Shown: piece after piece, positions 1 to 9,280 of the stretch | Layout of the letters: the number at the start of each line of letters is the position of its first letter | Numbering within the stretch: the stretch's first letter is position 1 | From: Rhodocyclaceae bacterium | GTDB taxonomy: Bacteria > Pseudomonadota > Gammaproteobacteria > Burkholderiales > Rhodocyclaceae | Assembly (NCBI GenBank): GCA_020445805.1 | Contig: JAGRFX010000003.1 | Span: forward strand, 1,530-65,529 | Direction: 5' to 3' | DNA length: 64,000 bases | Made by a program: the position numbers and the translations under genes | Notes under the pieces: model-generated | The model's database searches: none | What the model was told of the DNA's origin: nothing | What the model saw: only the letters and a program-made list of their open reading frames with translations

Positions 1-1
1 C

Positions 2-190
2 TTCGATCTCTTCGACCGCATGCAGCTGGAGCGGGTCGTGGCGGTGTGCGAACGGTCGCGGACGCTTTCGGAGGCGGGACGCCGGTTGTTCGACGTCTCC
101 CGACAGCAGAAAGCCTCGAACAACGATGCCGACCGCCTGCGGAAGTACCTCGCCCGCTTCGGACTCGACTGGCAGCAGATCCAGCGTTAG
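2..190 (+). CDS. rtcR: RNA repair transcriptional activator RtcR (sigma54 bEBP), C-terminal fragment cut by the window edge
   Basis: Manual frame-2 translation FDLFDRMQLERVVAVCERSRTLSEAGRRLFDVSRQQKASNNDADRLRKYLARFGLDW closely resembles the RtcR C-terminal HTH; TAG at 188-190. Confidence 0.9.
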   Translation, partial: FDLFDRMQLERVVAVCERSRTLSEAGRRLFDVSRQQKASNNDADRLRKYLARFGLDWQQIQR

Positions 191-325
191 TGGAAGGCGT
201 TCGCGAATTTCTGCCTCTCGCTTGTCCGGCGATAGGCCGGGTTTGGCGACAGGGCAACTGGACTCCGTCCCGACACCGGAGACCGATTCCGGGCGACGCG
301 TGGGTCCGTCGCCGGACGTCGATTT

Positions 326-346
326 CCAATCTGTACCCAATCTGTA
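326..346 (+). promoter_or_regulatory. Direct repeat CCAATCTGTA x2 with 11-bp period; candidate winged-helix (SARP/BTAD-type) operator
   Basis: Copies at 326-335 and 337-346, ~50 bp upstream of the ATG at 395; AT-rich relative to background. Confidence 0.6.
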
Positions 347-394
347 AGTGGCTTGCTGGCAGGCTGAAATCTCCTCAACAGGAAGGAGAGCATC

Positions 395-1009
395 ATGACT
401 CGCACCCAAGCCGGATCCCTTTGCGCTTCCCTTTCGAAGCATGCCCGCCAGACGCTGCTCATCGGGTTCGCGGTTGCCTCGCTCGGCGGACTTTCGAGCG
501 TCTGCGCGGCAGGCATGGAGAAGCCGTCCGCCCAGTTCGCGTGGCTCCAGAGTCTGGAAGGCGACTGGACCCTGACGCGGGACCAGGAAGGTGAAGCCGC
601 CCGCCACCCAGTGATCGCGCCATTGGTCGGTGCCGGTCGCGTCGCGCTTCGCTACCGGCTGGTGGGTTCGAAGACCACGGTGCAGGAGAACATCTTCCCG
701 GACACGCCTCGGGAGATGGCCACCATGTATCACTGTGCTGACGCCGACTGCACCCGGTTGATTGCCGACCACTACTGCAGCCTCAGGAACCAACCGATCC
801 TGCAGGCCGCCGATTCGGACGTGGAGAACACGATCCGCTTCGAGTGCGACCCCACGGTCGCGATCTGCAGTGCCCGCGCGGCGCACCTGCAAACGCTGAC
901 GATCGAGCGGATCCCGGACGATCCGGATCACCTGACGACACGCTTTGCGGTCCACAAGGACGGGAAGCTGGCCGACACGCTCGTGTTCCGCTTCGAACGC
1001 AAACGCTGA
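395..1009 (+). CDS. Exported hypothetical protein (probable beta-barrel)
   Basis: AGGAG RBS; hydrophobic N-region; conserved-looking motifs LEGDW, EMATMYHC, HYCSLRNQP. Confidence 0.75.
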   Translation: MTRTQAGSLCASLSKHARQTLLIGFAVASLGGLSSVCAAGMEKPSAQFAWLQSLEGDWTLTRDQEGEAARHPVIAPLVGAGRVALRYRLVGSKTTVQENIFPDTPREMATMYHCADADCTRLIADHYCSLRNQPILQAADSDVENTIRFECDPTVAICSARAAHLQTLTIERIPDDPDHLTTRFAVHKDGKLADTLVFRFERKR

Positions 1010-1091
1010 GCTGCCCGTTCGGGGGCCCACCTCATGCATTGCCGCGCTCGCTTCTGGCGACGCGGCAGGGTTCGACCAGGAGACCATCCAG

Positions 1092-2723
1092 ATGAAGAAT
1101 GTCATTCGAATCGCCATGCTCGCGGTCGGGTCCATGGCCTTGTCGCCGAGCTTCGGCCATGGACCCGACCAGCCAGAGCAGGCTCCCCCGCTGGTGACGA
1201 CCGCCCCGCTGGGTAGTGTGCGCTTTCCGATCACCGGTACCGACGCGCACCGCGAGCGCTTCGAACGTGGCCTCGCCTACCTGCACCACATGATGTACGC
1301 CCTGGCCGAACGCGAATTCACTGCGCTTTCGGTCGATGCGCCGGATTGCGCCATGGCGTACTGGGGCATCGCCATGTCGCGCTTCCATTCCCTGTGGGTG
1401 GGTCGGCCCTCCGCGGGGGACTACGAGGCCGCCGCCGCGGCCCTGCAAAAGGCTCGTGACGTCCAGGGTCTGACAGAGCGCGAAGACGCCTACATCGAGG
1501 CGGCCAGTGCCTTCTACGAGGATTGGGCGACCGTCGATTACGAGACGCGCCTCGCACGCTGGGAGGCGGGCCAGCGGGAACTTCATCAGCACTATCCCGA
1601 CGATGTGGACGCGGCCACCCTGTATGCCCTCGCGCACCTGGCCACCGCGCCCAAGGGAGACCACGGCGTTGGCCACCAGAAAGCGGCGGGCGCCCTGCTG
1701 GACGATCTGTTCCAGCGGGCGCCGACCCACCCGGGCGTACTGCATTACACCATCCATGCCTATGACAGCGCGCCACTGGCTGCGCGCGCCGTCGTGGCCG
1801 CTCGTGCCTACGACAAGATCGCACCGGCCGTACCCCACGCCCTGCATATGCCGACGCATATCTTCGTCAGGCTCGGCCTGTGGCCGGACGTCATTCGCTG
1901 GAACGCCCGCTCGGCGCGAGCGGCCCTGGCATTCCCGGCGGGCGACGCCATTTCGCACCACTATCCCCATGCCCTCGACTATCAGGTGTATGCCAACCTC
2001 CAGTGCGGGCAGGACGAGCGTGCGGGGGCCGTCATGGAGGAAATGTTTGCGCGTCGTGGTTTCCAGAAGACCGCGGTCGCTGCCTATGGCCTCGCGGCGA
2101 TTCCTGCCCGAGTGGCGCTCGAACGCGGTGACTGGCGGCAGGCCGCAGCCCTCGAGGTACCCCAGGTCGGCGACTTCCCCTGGGCGCTATTTCCACAGGC
2201 CGAAGCCATCACCTGGTTCGCACGCGGACTGGGTGCTTCGCGGCGGGGGGATGCCAGCCTTGCGCGAACGGCGCTTGCCGAGCTGGACAATCGCGTCGTG
2301 AGACTGCGTGCCGCGGGTGAAGACTACTGGGCTCGCCTGGTCGATGCCGAGCGACAGGCGGTCGCAGCCTGGTTGGCCTTGACCGTTGGCGAAGCCGGAG
2401 AGGCATTGGCGATGATGTCCGACGCGGCCGACGCAGAGGATTCCCTCGACAAGCATCCTGTCACACCGGGGGCTGTCCTGCCGGCGCGCGAACTCTATGC
2501 CGACATGCTGCTGCGACTGGACAGGCCCGACGAGGCGCTGGTCGCATACGAGCAGAGCCTGGCCAACGCACCGCGTCGGCGCAACAGTCTGAGGGGTGCT
2601 GCCGCGGCGGCGAAACGTACCGGCCGTGACAACCTCGCCGCTGAGTACGTGCGCCGCTTGGAAATTCAATGCGAGGGGACGGAGCGGGGACAGCGTGCAA
2701 GCATTCAAATGGCAAGCCCGTGA
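1092..2723 (+). CDS. Exported TPR-repeat protein with His-rich motifs
   Basis: AGGAG RBS before ATG 1092; signal peptide; APDCAMAYWGIAM, HPGVLHYTIHAYD, HALHMPTHIF; C-terminal TPRs. Confidence 0.85.
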   Translation: MKNVIRIAMLAVGSMALSPSFGHGPDQPEQAPPLVTTAPLGSVRFPITGTDAHRERFERGLAYLHHMMYALAEREFTALSVDAPDCAMAYWGIAMSRFHSLWVGRPSAGDYEAAAAALQKARDVQGLTEREDAYIEAASAFYEDWATVDYETRLARWEAGQRELHQHYPDDVDAATLYALAHLATAPKGDHGVGHQKAAGALLDDLFQRAPTHPGVLHYTIHAYDSAPLAARAVVAARAYDKIAPAVPHALHMPTHIFVRLGLWPDVIRWNARSARAALAFPAGDAISHHYPHALDYQVYANLQCGQDERAGAVMEEMFARRGFQKTAVAAYGLAAIPARVALERGDWRQAAALEVPQVGDFPWALFPQAEAITWFARGLGASRRGDASLARTALAELDNRVVRLRAAGEDYWARLVDAERQAVAAWLALTVGEAGEALAMMSDAADAEDSLDKHPVTPGAVLPARELYADMLLRLDRPDEALVAYEQSLANAPRRRNSLRGAAAAAKRTGRDNLAAEYVRRLEIQCEGTERGQRASIQMASP

Positions 2724-2735
2724 CATCTGCATCCC

Positions 2736-5700
2736 TCACTCCAGCCGGCGACGCAGAGCCTCGGTCTCCGCCGCCGGCTGTACGCCAAGGACGACGGACA
2801 GCATGTGGCGACAGCGGCGATAGTCCTCGATGGCCTCGGCCCGACGGCCCAGCGTGTCCAGCAACTGCATGCGCTTCCGGTAGAGCGTCTCGGCCAGTGG
2901 CGAGAGGCCGACCCCCGCTCCGTAGAGGTCGACCGCCGCGGCCAAGTCACCCTTCTGTGCCATGTGTCCGCCGAGCGTCTCGATGGCACGCAGGAACATT
3001 GCTTCGAGGCGTTGTCGGGCCGGCAGCATCCACGGCGCTTCTTCCTCGTCCGCCAGGTAGTGCCCACGGTAGCAATCGAGGAGGCGTCGCGCCTGGCCCA
3101 CTGCGTCCATGCCGTGACCCGCCGCCACGGCACCGCAGATCGCTTCGAAATGCCAGACATCGAGCCAGGCCAGATGGGCGTTCAGTGCCAGCTTCCCCTC
3201 GCTCTGGATGAGCACATCCACATCGCCCAGCAGGCGGCGCAGCCGGAACACCGTGGTGGTCAATGCGGCTCGGGCCGCGTCGCCGTCGGCGTCGGGCCAC
3301 AACTGAGCCGCCAGCGCCGCGCTCGCAACGCCTTTGCCGCCGGCGGCCACCAGGGCCATGAGCAGCGAAAGCGGCCGCTTCTGGGCCTTGCCCTGAAATC
3401 GGACCGGGACACCGTCGCGTTCGATCTGAAGTTGGCCGAAGCAGCGCACGCTGACCCGCCAGGGCCACTGCGGCGGCGCGAGGGGAGGTGGTGCGAGTTG
3501 CCGCTGCTCGATCACGCGCCGTCCAAAGGCCGTCTCGGCCTCCAGTGCCAAGGCGCGGGCAATTACGCGGGAGACCATGCCGGGCAGCCACAGCAAGGCA
3601 TTCGAGAAGGTGTGGCGCGCGCCGATCCCCAGCGCTTCGCAAGCGAGCCGGTCAGCGTCGTCCGTGCGACCGGAGCACTCGGCCAGGTAGGCGCTCACCA
3701 GCGTCGACTCGAACGCCAGCAGGGGATAGTTTCCTTCGGCCGCTCCCATGCGCAGGCGCTCGCCGGCGTGCCAGGCAGCTTCGCTGTCCCCGCAGTGGTT
3801 CTGCGCCATGACCGCCAGCAGTCGGAAATAGGTTTCGACATTGCCGACGCCGGCTTCCTCGGCCAGGCGGACGGCCTCGTCGGCCAGGGCCGCGGCCGCA
3901 GCGGATTCGCCGCGGGCGAGGTGCAGCCAGCCCTGTAGATACCGTTCGATGGCTCGGTCGAGCCGGCGACCGGGATTGATGACCTCCTCGAGCGAGGCCA
4001 GCGTCGTCTCCGCGTCGTCCAGGGCACCCACGGCCAGTTGGCCAAAAGCGGTATACAAGGTGGCAATTGTCTCGATGACCGCGAAGTGCTCGACCGATGC
4101 GATCTCCCGCACCCGTTCCAGGGCGCGATCCTGCGCGTCGAACTGGCTGGCGACGTAGTGGTGATAGGCACAGCGCAGCCAGTACCAGGCACGGCGAAAC
4201 GGGCTGACGCGCGGGTCGTCGACAATCGATGTCAGGCGGGCGATCAGGGTGCGGGCGGGCGTGGTGTCGCCGGTCCAGTTCCAGAAATTGAGGACGAAGG
4301 TTCCCGCCAGCACACGCTGGTCGAGGGATGGGCAGTCGTCAAGGTGCTCCTGAACCCACTCGGCCCGCTGTCGCAGGGCAGGGTCATTGGGGCGCCGGTA
4401 GAGACCCCCGACCAGGGCGGACGACATCAGCTCGATGGCCTGGGATGGGGAGGCGCGGTCGAGGGCCGCCGGCATGGCCGCGTCGAGTCGATCCAGCCAG
4501 GGGTCCATGCTCACGAACTCGGACCACTCCACGAAATAGCTGTCGATGACACCCACCGCCAGCTGCGCTGCCAGCAGGGGGCCAGCACTGGCATCGTGGG
4601 CCCCGTAGGCGCGTGCGAATGCCGCGCGCGCGTCCGCTGGCGAGCGGGCCAGCAGGGTGCGGCCCAACCAGTAGCCCAGCCTGGGCGACCCGGTGATCTG
4701 GTCCGGAGGCAGGCGCGAGAGCCAATCGCTCAAGGTCTCGACCCGACCGCTTTCCATCAGACCCGGCGCGGCGCGCAGGGCAACCTCGGCCAGGGCGCCG
4801 CTGGCACCCGCGGCTTCGAGCAGGTCGGCCGCGGCCGCCAGTTCGCCGCTCTGTTCCAGATAATCCGCGGCTGTGCGCATCAGGCCGTCGAATTGCGAAG
4901 CGCTCAATCGCCGACGCGCCTCGGCGCCCAGATAGCTTCGAAACAGGTCGTGCAGCCGATAGCTGGGTGTCGCGTCGAAATGGCACTCCGTGAAGAAATT
5001 GCTTCGATACAGCTCGTCGAGCATGGGGGCTGCGGCCGGCTCGCCGCTCAGACGTTCTGCCGCCTGGGCATCGACCCGGGGCAGGGGCCAGACGTGCAGA
5101 AGGACGTGCTGTAGCCGGGTGTCGGCCCGCTCGAACACTTCAGCCGCGAGAAAATCGAACATCACGCCTTCGCTGTGTCGGATCGCATCTGTCGGGTTTG
5201 GAACGAGTGCCTGCTGGGCGAGGATGAGCGACAGACCGGCCGCCCAGCCGTCACACCCTTTGAGCAGGCTGTCGGCCAAGGAGGTCTCACCGGGATCGAG
5301 GCCCGCGATTGCTTCTACCTCCTCCGGCGTCAGCCGCAGCGTGGCCCCACCCAGCACGACCAACCGGTTTCCGGCGATGGCGCGCGCGCACTGGGCTGGT
5401 GGGGCCGTGCGGGAAATCAGCAGCAGGCGGCAATGCGCCGGCGTTTCCTCGACCGCGCTCAGGATGATGTCGGTGAACGCGTCCGCATCCATCGCGGCCT
5501 GAACGTTGTCCATCACGACCACGGTACCGCTCACCTGCGCGTCGAAGAACGCGCGAAAGAATCGGCGCGCAAACAGCGGCAACTGGTCAGCATGATTCGG
5601 TGAATAACTTGGCCACCCTGGTTCGCCTGCTGCCTGCCCGCCCAATGCGCTCAAGTACCTGAAGAGCTCCGCCGGATCGCGATCGCCGGAGTCCACGTGG

Positions 5701-5891
5701 AGCCAGCATGCGGGGCGCTGTCGCTCGCCCAGGTAGCCCGCCACCAATGTGGTCTTGCCTGCACCGGCCATCCCGGAGAGCCACAGGGCCGGGTGCCGGA
5801 GGGCCTTGTCGAGCGCACCGAACAGCCGCTCCCGGGGGGCCACGTCGAACAGGTCCGGCGCAGAGAGCTTTGCGAATCGCGATGCATTCAT
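2736..5891 (-). CDS. MalT-like STAND ATPase/TPR transcriptional activator with C-terminal winged-helix and BTAD domain
   Basis: Walker A GMAGAGKTT; GWAAGL; FDFLAAEVF; YRLHDLFR; C-terminal VRCFGQLQI...LWPDADGD...RLRRLL...LDVWHF...PLAETLYRKRM. Confidence 0.88.
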   Translation of the reverse strand: MNASRFAKLSAPDLFDVAPRERLFGALDKALRHPALWLSGMAGAGKTTLVAGYLGERQRPACWLHVDSGDRDPAELFRYLSALGGQAAGEPGWPSYSPNHADQLPLFARRFFRAFFDAQVSGTVVVMDNVQAAMDADAFTDIILSAVEETPAHCRLLLISRTAPPAQCARAIAGNRLVVLGGATLRLTPEEVEAIAGLDPGETSLADSLLKGCDGWAAGLSLILAQQALVPNPTDAIRHSEGVMFDFLAAEVFERADTRLQHVLLHVWPLPRVDAQAAERLSGEPAAAPMLDELYRSNFFTECHFDATPSYRLHDLFRSYLGAEARRRLSASQFDGLMRTAADYLEQSGELAAAADLLEAAGASGALAEVALRAAPGLMESGRVETLSDWLSRLPPDQITGSPRLGYWLGRTLLARSPADARAAFARAYGAHDASAGPLLAAQLAVGVIDSYFVEWSEFVSMDPWLDRLDAAMPAALDRASPSQAIELMSSALVGGLYRRPNDPALRQRAEWVQEHLDDCPSLDQRVLAGTFVLNFWNWTGDTTPARTLIARLTSIVDDPRVSPFRRAWYWLRCAYHHYVASQFDAQDRALERVREIASVEHFAVIETIATLYTAFGQLAVGALDDAETTLASLEEVINPGRRLDRAIERYLQGWLHLARGESAAAAALADEAVRLAEEAGVGNVETYFRLLAVMAQNHCGDSEAAWHAGERLRMGAAEGNYPLLAFESTLVSAYLAECSGRTDDADRLACEALGIGARHTFSNALLWLPGMVSRVIARALALEAETAFGRRVIEQRQLAPPPLAPPQWPWRVSVRCFGQLQIERDGVPVRFQGKAQKRPLSLLMALVAAGGKGVASAALAAQLWPDADGDAARAALTTTVFRLRRLLGDVDVLIQSEGKLALNAHLAWLDVWHFEAICGAVAAGHGMDAVGQARRLLDCYRGHYLADEEEAPWMLPARQRLEAMFLRAIETLGGHMAQKGDLAAAVDLYGAGVGLSPLAETLYRKRMQLLDTLGRRAEAIEDYRRCRHMLSVVLGVQPAAETEALRRRLE

Positions 5892-6112
5892 GGCGATGCC
5901 GGCCCAGGGTGAGGACATTTCATCCTAGTGGAGCAGGTGGACGCGCGCCCGGCGCTTCGCCCACTTGGGCGCTCGCCATGCCTGGATGGGTCGTCCGCCG
6001 CCACCTCGTTCCCAGCCCGGCTCACCGCTGGGCAGCGTGCCCGCCGACCGAGGGGCAAGGCGCGAACGATCCTCCGAGTCGATTGCCCGAACACCCGGGG
6101 GCCCATTGCACC

Positions 6113-7012
6113 CTAGGTGGTCGTCTTTTGCTTCTTGTTGGGGGGCAATCCAATCAGATCGGAACTGGCTCGCTTCAGGCCCTTGTTGTCCATGGTCACC
6201 AAGAGCCTGCGCACCTTGGGTGCAGTCAGTCCCCGCTGGTAGGCAAACATGATTGGGAACGCCTGCACGTTCGATTCGGTGGCCGTCACGCCAGGTACCT
6301 GCTGGAGGTCGGTACGCACCTTGGGGACCGTCTTCGGCTGAAGCATGAAGTCCGTGAAATCGGGAAACTTGTCTTCATCCCACAGATCCATGGCCACGTT
6401 CAGGGCGGTCTGATTCACGTACATGCTGCGGTCAGGCTCGGGCAGTGCGGTGCCGAGGGTTAAGGTGTTTTCATAGGCAGGGACTGCAAGCGCCAAGCGC
6501 GTGACCATGGCGGCGAACTCGCCACTGCTCTTGATGGTGCTGGGGTCTTCCGTCGAGTTCCAGACTCGCACCCGAAAGCTATCGGGAATTCGCGAATCGA
6601 GCCAATCGCGCAGTCGGTTGTCGTCGAAGGCTTCCACGGCCTGGTCATGGGTCTCGTTCGGGCCCGGGCGACCATAACCCATCTCGACCAGCATGATGTG
6701 GTCGCGGTAGGCACCCAGCTCGATCTCCATCTGGCGCCACGCGCCATTCGGTTTGCCCTGCCAGTCCTCGAACTGGGGGACGACATTTTCAGGCGCATCG
6801 CTGCCGCCGAGTTCGAGGGCAATGACGTGACCCTTGGCGAAGGGCAGCTTGGCAGTGTCGAAGCCGTTGCCACAGGCGGGTGGCGATGCCCTGCCCGCAG
6901 TCGGCCGGGGGCGAATCGTCGCGAGCACGGCCTTGGTCGTCGCGCCAGAGAGCTTCATGCAGAAATTGCTGGTGACGCCACTCAACTTGAACGTGGTATC
7001 TGTCTTGATCAT
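6113..7012 (-). CDS. DNA/RNA non-specific endonuclease (His-Me finger, Endonuclease_NS-like)
   Basis: KGHVIALELGGSDAPENVVPQ...GAWRQME resembles the DRGH-x-LGG...NLVPQ...W-x-x-x-E pattern; start at 7012 inferred. Confidence 0.7.
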   Translation of the reverse strand: MIKTDTTFKLSGVTSNFCMKLSGATTKAVLATIRPRPTAGRASPPACGNGFDTAKLPFAKGHVIALELGGSDAPENVVPQFEDWQGKPNGAWRQMEIELGAYRDHIMLVEMGYGRPGPNETHDQAVEAFDDNRLRDWLDSRIPDSFRVRVWNSTEDPSTIKSSGEFAAMVTRLALAVPAYENTLTLGTALPEPDRSMYVNQTALNVAMDLWDEDKFPDFTDFMLQPKTVPKVRTDLQQVPGVTATESNVQAFPIMFAYQRGLTAPKVRRLLVTMDNKGLKRASSDLIGLPPNKKQKTTT

Positions 7013-7383
7013 GCGGCGCGCACCTGTGGGTCTCGTAGAGGGGATGGAGGACCCGCGTCGCATGTCTGTGCATGCATTGGGGCCAATGGGCACTCTACGC
7101 GCAAGCGTCCCGCCGGGGTGAGCCCTTCATGGCCTCCTCGCCTGGCCCGGACATTGCGCCTCGGTAGTCAGGTCGGTCACGGACGCAAGTCACGGCTTCG
7201 GTGGGCGCTGGCAACGGGGTCGTGGCCCGCGCGTGTGCAGACCCACGCGCGTCACCGCTCGCGCGAGTCCGCCGGGCGTCAAACCACGGGATCTCTTGCA
7301 GGAAGGGGTCTTATCGACGAGGCCGAGCAGCGCGCGACGCACCCTGCAGGCGCGTCGCCGTCAGGCGGGTGGCGCGGTGGCGC

Positions 7384-8205
7384 TCACAGCCTCGACAGGA
7401 GGTCCATCTTCTTGACGGCGAATTCTTCCTCGCTGATGAAGCCCTTGGCCTTCAGGTCGCCGAGCTTTTCAATCGCGGCGAGGATGTCATTGCTGTTGCC
7501 GCCCACGCTGGCGGCGGACGATGCTTGCGGCGCCGGCTGGAAGCTGGCCTGCGGAGCGGCCGCGGCGACGGGCTGGCCATTGCGCGAAATGACCGGCAGC
7601 GAGGAGAGGATCACCGTGCCGTACTGGCTGCCGAAGGTGATGTCGCTGCCGTAGCCCTGCTGCTGCGAGAAGCCGCCGATGTTGTGGTCGAGGGTGTCAT
7701 AGACCCACACCTCGCCGCCGGACTTGACCGCCAGGCGGCGGGCGTTGCCGAAGTAGGCATAGCGCACGTTGTTCTGGGCGCCCGTGGCGTTCGGGGCGCC
7801 CAGATCCTGGGGCCACCAGTTGTCCTCGGGGTCGGGCACGAAGAGGCTGGAGGGGCCACGCGGGGCCCCGCTCGACTGATGCTGGTAGCCGCTGCCGCCC
7901 TGGCTCTGGGACTGGAAGCTGCCGGATTGCAGCAGTCCGGGCTGGTTGGCCAGGAGGTTGCCGATCTCGGAGCACAGGCTGTCGACCCGGCCCTTCAGAT
8001 AGTTGTTGAACATGTCGCCGAGCATGATCATGCCGCCGCTCATCCACTGGCCGGCGCCACCGAATTCGCCGTGGCAGAACTGGGCCTGGGTGCCGTTGCC
8101 GTTCAGCACGGCAAATAACATGTGGGTGACGGCATCCTGGCTGAAGCCGTGGCGCTGGGCCAGATCGTTCACGATCGACTGGCCTTGGGAGGTGAGCTGT
8201 TGCAT
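7384..8205 (-). CDS. SHOCT domain-containing protein
   Basis: C-terminal ILAAIEKLGDLKAKGFISEEEFAVKKMDLLSRL; conserved-looking N-terminal AQFCHGEFGGAGQWMSGGMIM. Confidence 0.85.
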   Translation of the reverse strand: MQQLTSQGQSIVNDLAQRHGFSQDAVTHMLFAVLNGNGTQAQFCHGEFGGAGQWMSGGMIMLGDMFNNYLKGRVDSLCSEIGNLLANQPGLLQSGSFQSQSQGGSGYQHQSSGAPRGPSSLFVPDPEDNWWPQDLGAPNATGAQNNVRYAYFGNARRLAVKSGGEVWVYDTLDHNIGGFSQQQGYGSDITFGSQYGTVILSSLPVISRNGQPVAAAAPQASFQPAPQASSAASVGGNSNDILAAIEKLGDLKAKGFISEEEFAVKKMDLLSRL

Positions 8206-8485
8206 GGAGAATTCCAACTGAAATAGGTCGGGGCCACCGGGAAACCGGCGGGGCGGCGGAGCTTGGCTGCCGGCGCCTGTGAAGGAGAAGGGTGATGCGA
8301 TCCGGGGTCGCCCGGTGTGGAGGTGGCCTCGCGCGCTGGGGGGCCAAAGGCTCTAGATCCTACCATCAAGCCCTGCAGCTTCCGTGACCGCCTGTCCGGT
8401 GTTCAAGCGGAAGCGCGGGCCCGCGCCAATGCCGGGCTGTATTTCGAGTCGGATGGGATGTTCGCGCGCCAACCTGCGGATGCCG

Positions 8486-9229
8486 TCACGGCTCGGGGCG
8501 ACAATCCAGCCGGTCGGCTTCCTCCAGCAAATGCCGAAGGTAGGCCAGCCGCCACAGCGAGAGGTCGATCTTGGCCTTGAGGTCGTAGTCCACCTCGGCC
8601 AGCAGGTAGAGCAGGCTCTCGTGGAAGAACACGCCGAACGAGTCCAGGTAGCGCAGGCGGTAGTTGCGGTCGAGCACCAGATTGTCCACGCCCCACAGGT
8701 CGATCACCTTGGGATCCTCGGCCTCATGCCAGCGCTGGGCGGCGTCGAGAAAGCGGCGCAGGTCTTCCCGGGTCCGGGTCATCCGCTGCAGGAGCGGGAT
8801 GGCCTCGGATTCGTTGTGGGGGTTGGCGATGTTGAACCAGGTCGAGACGGTTTCGGAAATGGCGATGACGCTGGGTTCGCCGTCGATCTGGGTGTAGGCG
8901 AACACCGTGGTCGGCACCATGTCGTCCAGGGCGTCACGCAGGCGCTGGTATTCGCGTCGGTAGGTCCGGGCCTCGGCAAAGGTGCAGGTCTGGCGGAAGG
9001 TCTTGATTACCAGGTCGCTGTCGATCCGTTGCCCGTCCTGGACGAAGCCGCCGCCCTGGCGCCAGACCCGGCAGTGGTTGCCTGCGTCGGAGATCAGGGT
9101 GGCCGGCAGTCGGGCTGTGTCGAGGCAGCCGATGCGGCCCGGGATGCGGTCGCTGCCATCGATAGCTTGGGCAGTGCTCAATGGGGCCTCGCGGGCGGAA
9201 GACGGCCCCAGTATAGGGCCAATCCCCAT
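8486..9229 (-). CDS. Hypothetical protein with protein-kinase-like motifs
   Basis: ISDAGNHCRVW, LVIK, DLWGVDNLV and YLDSF occur in kinase subdomain order; start uncertain (TTG at 9181 possible). Confidence 0.6.
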   Translation of the reverse strand: MGIGPILGPSSAREAPLSTAQAIDGSDRIPGRIGCLDTARLPATLISDAGNHCRVWRQGGGFVQDGQRIDSDLVIKTFRQTCTFAEARTYRREYQRLRDALDDMVPTTVFAYTQIDGEPSVIAISETVSTWFNIANPHNESEAIPLLQRMTRTREDLRRFLDAAQRWHEAEDPKVIDLWGVDNLVLDRNYRLRYLDSFGVFFHESLLYLLAEVDYDLKAKIDLSLWRLAYLRHLLEEADRLDCRPEP

Positions 9230-9280
9230 GCGGCAAAGCCCCGATCACCCGGGCTGCCGGTGCCGGTGCCGGGGCGCGGC

